NCBI GenBank assembly: GCA_032718475.1
Contig: JAUCBJ010004643.1
Coordinates: 1,603-65,602 of the forward strand
Direction: 5' to 3'
Length of the DNA: 64,000 bases
Origin: Nemertoderma westbladi
Taxonomy: Eukaryota > Animalia > Xenacoelomorpha
The notes beneath the pieces are model-generated. The model worked only from the letters and a program-made list of their open reading frames with translations, had not been told where the DNA came from and did not search any database. This document shows, in pieces, positions 63,416-64,000 of this stretch; position 1 is the stretch's first letter; each line of letters opens with the position of its first letter. The position numbers and the translations under genes are program-made.

Positions 63416-64000
63416 TTTAGCACATTCTAGGTAGTTTTGTGGTCGTTTCAGGTCGTTTCGTGGTCGTTTCAGCTCGTTTCAGGTCGTTTCGGGACGTTTC
63501 AGGTCGTTTTATATTTTAGTATGTACCGAGCAATGGGCCTTACAAAGGCCATTTTGTGGAATAAAATTACGTATTACTACTGTATTACATGAAAAACACA
63601 TTATTATTCCCTTGTAAATAGTTAACCTCGCTCGCTAACGGTTAGTTCGTTAAAGCTCGCTCAGCAAATACAGAAATAATACATATATAAATACCGGTAC
63701 AAAAATGAAACTGTTAGTACATATAGCGTTTATTTAGGTGAATAATAGTGCAGTGTAGTGTATAGTATAATAAGTGCTCGATTCTTCATTTGAATCAATA
63801 TAGTACTGCGTACAAAGCCCCTAAAGGGACATCGTGCGTGGCGTTGACCTATTTAATTATGAAATATACTTTTCATGCCCTATATTTTTTACTCATTTTC
63901 CTTATCTGCCTATATTTATGTAGGCCTAACTGTACACGGTACAATGTACAACCAAATACAGTACCGTGTCGTAGGCGATTCTGCCCCCCCCCCCCCCCCC

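Larger units (their letters stand above)
59893..63527. mobile_element. MULE/foldback-like non-autonomous DNA transposon with 9-bp TSD, carrying a nested RTE
   Basis: TIR GGTAC(C/A)TACTAAAATATAAAACGACCTGAAACG at both ends, followed by 10-bp AAACGACCTG subrepeats. TSD GAGCAATGG at 59884-59892 and 63528-63536. Confidence 0.9.

Overview
AT-rich, repeat-dense eukaryotic DNA, most likely from an invertebrate animal (inference). Two intronless 4-aminobutyrate aminotransferase (ABAT-like) paralogues on the - strand bracket about 57 kb of mobile DNA. From left to right: a ~16-kb array of a 69-bp satellite whose monomer is a piece of an RTE retrotransposon ORF; a decayed full-length RTE; several non-autonomous DNA elements (HINE/DINE-1-like, hAT with 8-bp TSD, Tc1/mariner-like, Kolobok-like with TTAA); a large divergent Helitron-like element; a decayed BEL/Pao LTR retrotransposon followed by an unexplained Zn-knuckle ORF; and a MULE-like foldback element (9-bp TSD) holding a 5'-truncated RTE. 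The most unusual item is the Helitron-like element. It has a ~2,750-aa frameshifted ORF (Cys/His-rich N-terminus, HUH Y2 Rep, PIF1 helicase, C-terminal GIY-YIG nuclease) and a head-to-head accessory gene of unknown function. All family calls come from motif recognition by eye; no database searches were run.
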